Below, piece by piece: positions 58,776-64,000 of a stretch of DNA of 64,000 bases. The translations under genes and the position numbers were made by a program. The notes beneath the pieces were generated by a model. It worked only from the letters and a program-made list of their open reading frames with translations. It was not told where the DNA came from and made no database searches. The stretch is taken from positions 13,261 to 77,260 of the forward strand of contig JAYTJE010000028.1 in NCBI GenBank assembly GCA_043731355.1, read 5' to 3'. Position 1 is the stretch's first letter, and every line of letters starts with the position of its first letter. This stretch comes from Nitrospirota bacterium. Lineage in GTDB: Bacteria > Nitrospirota > UBA9217.

Positions 58776-60844
58776 TTGCCCCTCGGAATAAGCTCCCTGG
58801 CTATTTCGCTCTCCCTTGCCGCCTCGCTCAACCGGTTCTGCTTCAAATAAACATCGCTCAGCTGTTTATGGGCATCCGGCTCATCAGGACGCAGTGCTAT
58901 TGACGCACGGTATTCAACAATTGCCTGGTCCATAGAACCCAGGGAAGCATACGCATTGCCAAGGTTGTAATGGGCATCGGGTTCATCGGAATCCAGCGCA
59001 ATTACCGCGCGGTATTCGGCAATCGCCTGGTTCAATAAACCGATGGCGGCATACACATTCCCGAGATTGAAATGCGCCTCAAGGAAATCCGCTCGAAATG
59101 CCAGTGCGGCTTTAAATTCATTAACCGCTTCGGGGTAACGCTGCCGGAGCATGTATGCGCTGCCAAGATCGTTGCGCGCGGCGGCATCGGCGCGTTCCAG
59201 CTGTGAAGCGGAGGTATATTCGCCTGTCGCAACTCCATTAAGATCCCGCTGAGCATGGGCCATCCTCAAGCCATTAAATATTTTACTATTATCCGGTTCG
59301 ATCGCCAGCGCGGTTTTAAATTCGGTAATCGCATCGTCGTAGCTCCCCTGTCTCATAAACTCAGCGCCGATATTATAATAGGCATCGGCATAGCCCGCAT
59401 CGATTTGCAGAGCAGCCTTAAATTCGTTTATTGCTTCGTCGTAACGATGCTGCTCCGCATACGCAACTCCAAGATTATTATGGGCCAGGGGAAGTCTGCC
59501 GGGAAACTCGTCAATAACATAGGTCCAGAAAGTGACACTGTCTTTCCATATGCCGATCTGGCGTATTGTGGCATAGGAGAGGAATGCGATAATGGTTACC
59601 GCAATGACATAGCTTGACAGCCGCACGGCCCCGCCCCATTGGTTTACCGACGAGATCTTTTCATGGACTTTTACCGCCGATAAACCCGCAATAAGAAAAA
59701 AACCAAGACCCGGCAAATAGGTATACCGGTCCGCCATCGCTGCGTCACCGACCTTGACAATACCCAGAACGGGCGCCAGTGTTATGACATAATACGCCCA
59801 CACTGCCATCCATAATTTTTGTCTTCGCATTGCGACTATGCACGCCGCCGTGATCAGGACGACAAGGAGAAGCGCTGAAAGGTACTGGAATGAAAAAATA
59901 GATACCTCCTGGGGAATAGGGTACAGCGGGACCAAGTGTGCGGGCGCCACTGTTTTTATCAGGTAAAATGCCAAAGCTCCGGCAGCCAGCGTAAATCTTG
60001 ATGCCAAGGGCACTTGCTCTAAAGAGCTGACGGTGTTAACGGACGCTTGGGCGAAGAGGGTCAGGAGCGCTACACTAAAACTCAGGATTATAAAAGGCAT
60101 TTTTTCAAGGAATACCGTCCGGAAGGTTTCGAGAGACCGTATTCTTTTATAAAGATACCAGTCCAGGATCAACAGAACCAAGGGAAGTGAAACCGCCATT
60201 GGCTTGCTCATTAACGCAAGTATAAATAGAGCTATTGTCAGGAAATACTTCCGGGAAAATATGCGTGCTGATACGCGCGTGGAAGTATTTGCGCTCATGT
60301 CGCCCACATACCGCGTATATGCCGCGATCGTGAGCAGGTAAAAGAATGAACAAAGAAGGTCCTTTCTTTCAGAAACCCAGGCGACCGATTCGACACGGAG
60401 AGGGTGAATGCCGAACAACAATCCCGCGGTTACGCCGGCTAGTATCACGGCAGTATCATTCAATACCGGCTGCGACCCCGCGTTGTTTTTCCCGGTCTGC
60501 CGGTAAACCTCCAGGAGCCTCATGATAAGCAATGCGAGGATGAACGTGTTGAGCGCATGGATAAGGTTATTTGTGAGATGAGGCCCCAGGGGATTCAGAC
60601 CCCACAGGGCATAGTCGAAGGCATGCGAGAGCCAGGTGACGGGATGCCAATTACCCAGATGAAACTCCATAAAAGCCGATTTCAACAACCGCATATCGAA
60701 AGAACGGATAAAGGAATTATCGTAAAAATAACCACCGTCATCCCATAAGATAAAATCGTTTTGCAGCGTTGGCAAGAAAACGATAAAGGTTATAACCGCG
60801 CATGCAATTGCAAGGCTGATTTTTGTTTTTGAAGTAGTATTCAT
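58772..60844 (-). CDS. TMTC/DUF1736-like GT-C membrane protein with extended C-terminal TPR array, paralog 2
   Basis: NDFILWDDGGYFYDN...NWHPVTWLSHAFDYALWGLNPLGPHLTNNLIHA motif block; ~11 TM helices; >8 TPRs. Confidence 0.7.
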   Translation of the reverse strand: MNTTSKTKISLAIACAVITFIVFLPTLQNDFILWDDGGYFYDNSFIRSFDMRLLKSAFMEFHLGNWHPVTWLSHAFDYALWGLNPLGPHLTNNLIHALNTFILALLIMRLLEVYRQTGKNNAGSQPVLNDTAVILAGVTAGLLFGIHPLRVESVAWVSERKDLLCSFFYLLTIAAYTRYVGDMSANTSTRVSARIFSRKYFLTIALFILALMSKPMAVSLPLVLLILDWYLYKRIRSLETFRTVFLEKMPFIILSFSVALLTLFAQASVNTVSSLEQVPLASRFTLAAGALAFYLIKTVAPAHLVPLYPIPQEVSIFSFQYLSALLLVVLITAACIVAMRRQKLWMAVWAYYVITLAPVLGIVKVGDAAMADRYTYLPGLGFFLIAGLSAVKVHEKISSVNQWGGAVRLSSYVIAVTIIAFLSYATIRQIGIWKDSVTFWTYVIDEFPGRLPLAHNNLGVAYAEQHRYDEAINEFKAALQIDAGYADAYYNIGAEFMRQGSYDDAITEFKTALAIEPDNSKIFNGLRMAHAQRDLNGVATGEYTSASQLERADAAARNDLGSAYMLRQRYPEAVNEFKAALAFRADFLEAHFNLGNVYAAIGLLNQAIAEYRAVIALDSDEPDAHYNLGNAYASLGSMDQAIVEYRASIALRPDEPDAHKQLSDVYLKQNRLSEAARESEIARELIPRGN

Positions 60845-62544
60845 TGTTTGGTCAAATTATTTCGATCAATGCTTGCAGCCGATCGAAAGTCATCATTCGC
60901 GCGAGACAGCATCCCTTGCTCCTTATACAACTGACCTCTTTCCCGATAATACACCGAACGCTTCGGAGAGGAATCAGACTGCAGGGCTTTGGTATAGTCA
61001 GCTATTGCGCTGTTATACTTCCCCAAGCGCGCAAGAAGGCGCGCCCGTTCTGAATACAGATCGTCCATCGGGAAACGCTTTTTCCGTTCGGCAATAGCGA
61101 TCGCTTCATCCATGTCGGCCAACGCCTTTTCATATTCCCCCTTCAGCACATAGCTTGTCGCGCGCATAAAGTAGGTCCTGCCTGAGAAGTGGGGGTTGAC
61201 GTCGATCGCTCTGCTCCAGAGCGCCACATCATTTTTCCAAAAAGACAGTTGTCGTACCGTAAGGTAAGCGCTTGCAAGCAACAGGAACGCAGTCCCTGAA
61301 AGGATGGCGGCAACTTTCACGCGTGAACCGGACGGTCCCGCGGCGAGGCGGGTTATGGAAAGCGCGGCCAGTATCGATATCGGCAGACTCGGGATATAGG
61401 TGAAGCGGTCCGACATAATGGTGTTGGAAACCTGAGCAAATCCGAGAAGAGGCATGAGGGTAATCAGATAAATCAACCATACGGTTAGAAGAACGGGTTT
61501 GCGTTTAACGAGCAGCGCCGAATAAAGCGTCACAATCAGGGAAAAAAGGACCGGAACCGTATATTCGAGGCTGAAGAAATTGATGCTCCCCGGATGCAGA
61601 TAGAACGGGCTGAGATGGAACGGCCAGATCATGAACCAAAGATAATGCATTACGGATTTGAATGCAATGAGCAGACGGGACAGGATATCCGATTCGGCAA
61701 GCGGCATGGAGACTGATTGGTGGGTGGAAAGAATGATCGCCGCTACCGCACCCGCAACAAGCAGGAATACGGTCTTTTCAAGAAGAAGGACTATCAGGGA
61801 GGTCCTCCGCACTCTGCCGAGCGGAAACCAGTCAAGGACCAGCAGCACCAGCGGCAAGGTAACCAGAGTAGATTTGCTGAGCAGAGAAAAGCAAAACAGA
61901 GCGGCCGCGAACCAATAATGCCGGGAGAATGCAAAAGACAGCGCGCCTGGATGTTTTTCATCGGATTCGGTATATTGGAGATAGGCCATAACAGCAGGGA
62001 TGCCGAAAAACAGGCTGAGCACATCTTTTCGCTCGGTCGCCCAGGCAACGGATTCCACTCTGAGGGGGTGAATGGCAAAAAAAAGCGCCGCCAGCAAGGA
62101 ACAATAGAACGCCTGATTGAATCCGTAGGGGAAGGTCCTCTTGTCTTCAGTTGTGGTAACGGCCGCATATCGCTGAAGCAATTGCAGTACAAGAAGAAAG
62201 AACAGCCCCGCATTGAGCGCATGAAAAATGTTGTTGGTGAGATGATAGCCCAGAGGATTCAGGCCCCAAAAAGCATGGTCCAGCGCCAGTGAAAGCCATG
62301 TCAGCGGGGCCCAGTAATTGGCATACACCCCGAAAAATGCCCAGGAGAGCGTCTCAAGGGAGAGCCTTTTAATGTGGTCGTTATCTACAATATATCCGGC
62401 GTCATCCCAGGTATAAACGAAGTCATTGCGGAGATCCGGGGCAAAACATGCAAAGACAACAAGGACAATAAGAATAAAGGCAGCGAGCTTTACGGTCCTT
62501 ATAGTGCCGTCGTTTTCAGTTTTACCGCGCGTCGAGTTCGACAT
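60841..62544 (-). CDS. TMTC/DUF1736-like GT-C membrane protein with C-terminal TPRs, paralog 3
   Basis: NDFVYTWDDAGYIVDN...YWAPLTWLSLALDHAFWGLNPLGYHLTNNIFHA; 4-nt overlap with the downstream paralog. Confidence 0.7.
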   Translation of the reverse strand: MSNSTRGKTENDGTIRTVKLAAFILIVLVVFACFAPDLRNDFVYTWDDAGYIVDNDHIKRLSLETLSWAFFGVYANYWAPLTWLSLALDHAFWGLNPLGYHLTNNIFHALNAGLFFLLVLQLLQRYAAVTTTEDKRTFPYGFNQAFYCSLLAALFFAIHPLRVESVAWATERKDVLSLFFGIPAVMAYLQYTESDEKHPGALSFAFSRHYWFAAALFCFSLLSKSTLVTLPLVLLVLDWFPLGRVRRTSLIVLLLEKTVFLLVAGAVAAIILSTHQSVSMPLAESDILSRLLIAFKSVMHYLWFMIWPFHLSPFYLHPGSINFFSLEYTVPVLFSLIVTLYSALLVKRKPVLLTVWLIYLITLMPLLGFAQVSNTIMSDRFTYIPSLPISILAALSITRLAAGPSGSRVKVAAILSGTAFLLLASAYLTVRQLSFWKNDVALWSRAIDVNPHFSGRTYFMRATSYVLKGEYEKALADMDEAIAIAERKKRFPMDDLYSERARLLARLGKYNSAIADYTKALQSDSSPKRSVYYRERGQLYKEQGMLSRANDDFRSAASIDRNNLTKQ

Positions 62545-62546
62545 TT

Positions 62547-63275
62547 TTACCTTCGCAAAAGATTATAAAAAATGATGCAGCGGATGGCGGAAAGGCCGTC
62601 CCTCCAGGTGATCTTCTTGCCTTCGGCATAGGTCCTGCCGGTATAAGAAATACCGACCTCGAATATACGGGCCCGCATCCGCGCCACCCGTGCGGTAAAT
62701 TCGGGCTCGAACCCGAAGCGATTTTCTCTGAGCACCAGCCGCGTTGCAATGTCTTTGGTAAAGGCCTTGAGCCCGGACTCCATATCGGTAAGAGTGAGGT
62801 TCGTCAATAGGTTCGAAAGCAGCGTCAGGAATTTGTTTCCCAGCAGGTGCCAGAAGAAAAGGACCCGGTGAGCGCCCTCTCCGCCGAAGCGGGCGCCGTA
62901 GACAACGTCCGCCTTCCCTTCAGCGATCGGAGCGAGCAGCTTCGGATAATCACGAGGGTCATATTCAAGGTCCGCGTCCTGAATAATAATAACGTCCCCG
63001 GACACGTGAGCAAGCGCCGTGCGTACGGCGGCGCCTTTGCCCCTGTTCCGCTCGTGTTCGATAAGCTTTATGCCCTCGATCCCGCGCAGTATCACCCGTG
63101 TATCATCAGTGGACCCGTCATCCACCACAACGAGCTCACAGGGCAGCCCGGTCTGTTTTATGCGCTTCAGCGTCGCGGCAATAAAACTCTGTTCGTTGTA
63201 AACCGGCACGATTACCGACAAAGTTTTCCCGGACAAGAGCGGCAAGACTTCGTTGAGAGCAATATCGGTGCGCAT
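62547..63275 (-). CDS. GT2 glycosyltransferase, Dpm1-like polyprenyl-phosphate sugar synthase
   Basis: VIVPVYNEQSFI...LVVVDDGSTDDT, RNRGKGAAVRTA, QDADLE (DxD). Confidence 0.75.
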   Translation of the reverse strand: MRTDIALNEVLPLLSGKTLSVIVPVYNEQSFIAATLKRIKQTGLPCELVVVDDGSTDDTRVILRGIEGIKLIEHERNRGKGAAVRTALAHVSGDVIIIQDADLEYDPRDYPKLLAPIAEGKADVVYGARFGGEGAHRVLFFWHLLGNKFLTLLSNLLTNLTLTDMESGLKAFTKDIATRLVLRENRFGFEPEFTARVARMRARIFEVGISYTGRTYAEGKKITWRDGLSAIRCIIFYNLLRR

Positions 63276-63276
63276 A

Positions 63277-64000
63277 TCAGTAAGAGTGTAAAGACCTATT
63301 CAAATTTTGATAAAAGCCTCCGATGAAGGCCCCGTCGGGAGCCGTAATTTCAATAAGCGGCATAAATTGCCCCAGAGCCCCGCGATCATCCCGTGATAAA
63401 AACCGGTTGTAAACCAATATATACTTATAATCCTCATTGGCCTCCACACTATGCAGCTTTGTCGGTGAGAGTCCGTACGCCTGATTGGTTTCGAACGAGT
63501 ATTTAAACGGATACGAATAAACAGCAGCCTCTTCATTCCCGACGAGCTCGGCAACACGACGGAAAAAGTCCTTATTGAACGCGTCATACCAGTAGGAAAC
63601 GGTAAAACCTTTGTCTTGAGCGCCCCTGGCGCCTCCGATAAATTGATTGTAATAACTTAATTCATAGGGATGATTTGCGTACAGTTGAAAGACGGTCAGC
63701 GCCAGGCTGAGAATGCCTATGGTCATCCCGATCCTGTATTTCCGCAGTACTAATTCCTGGAGCCAGTAGCATCCTGAAATGCTCAGCAGGACGATGAATG
63801 GCCAGGCGCTGCTGAACAGCCTGATGCCGTCGTGCTTCGGCGTTGACGGCAGCATATATACAGCCATGCATACAAGAAATGGCGCCAGAGCTACATACGA
63901 GAATTTGTCCCTGTTCCTTATGAACCGGACGATTCCGCCGACAATCCCCACGATCGCGGTGACGACCATGATCGGGGGAAGGGTAATCCCCAGCATGACC
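63277..64000 (-). CDS. Polytopic membrane protein, probable GT-C glycosyltransferase (C-terminal part only; N-terminus beyond the window)
   Basis: Several TM helices followed by a soluble C-terminal domain; translationally coupled to the GT2 gene at 62547. Confidence 0.4.
   Translation of the reverse strand, partial: VMLGITLPPIMVVTAIVGIVGGIVRFIRNRDKFSYVALAPFLVCMAVYMLPSTPKHDGIRLFSSAWPFIVLLSISGCYWLQELVLRKYRIGMTIGILSLALTVFQLYANHPYELSYYNQFIGGARGAQDKGFTVSYWYDAFNKDFFRRVAELVGNEEAAVYSYPFKYSFETNQAYGLSPTKLHSVEANEDYKYILVYNRFLSRDDRGALGQFMPLIEITAPDGAFIGGFYQNLNRSLHSY

Overview
This is a 64-kb chromosomal fragment; it opens with a GGATCC site, so it is probably a cloned BamHI insert. It comes from a high-GC Gram-negative bacterium, most plausibly a Geobacter-like deltaproteobacterium (Desulfuromonadota). 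The evidence for that is multihaem c-type cytochromes with paired CX4CH...CXXCH motifs, an EtfA fused to a ferredoxin domain, and sigma-54 -24/-12 promoters.

Housekeeping content, all on the minus strand unless noted:
- purN-purM, an ELP3-like radical-SAM gene, and rnc.
- A complete fatty-acid-synthesis cluster: yceD-rpmF-plsX-fabH | fabD-fabG-acpP-fabF. It is unusually split by an acyl-CoA dehydrogenase plus etfB/etfA insertion, and by a small secreted protein between fabG and fabD.
- An MFS transporter, bioA, degP, and a PIN-TRAM protein.
- yebC-ruvC-ruvA-(inserted cassette)-ruvB on the plus strand.
- queH, a SpoIID/LytB protein, aspartate aminotransferase, a GAF-GGDEF cyclase, a LysM protein, an NtrY-like kinase, a rhodanese and an archaeal-type Ogg glycosylase.

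Accessory content of interest:
1. Three IVS-like cassettes built from tandem heptanucleotide arrays (GGAGACR and complementary YCTGTCTC/AGTCTGY). Two carry a 'four-helix-bundle / 23S rRNA intervening-sequence protein' gene; one sits inside the ruvA-ruvB junction. The third is an empty repeat-only site.
2. Two copies of a ~55-bp palindromic REP-like element.
3. Two paralogous loci encoding a tetrahaem cytochrome c followed by NHL-repeat proteins, each preceded by an AT-rich leader with a sigma-54 promoter match. The second locus continues into a ~17-haem cytochrome and a 1324-aa membrane-anchored mega-cytochrome (beta-propeller-like repeats + tandem ~120-aa T/S-rich repeats + C-terminal 9-haem domain).
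4. A large N-rich outer-membrane beta-barrel gene, also with a sigma-54 promoter match.
5. A glycosylation locus: three TMTC/DUF1736-like GT-C membrane proteins with C-terminal TPRs, three Dpm1-like GT2 enzymes and one further partial GT-C. Three small TPR proteins look like detached C-terminal modules of the TMTC-like proteins.

Coordinates I derived by hand (promoters, repeats, hairpins) may be off by 1-2 nt.
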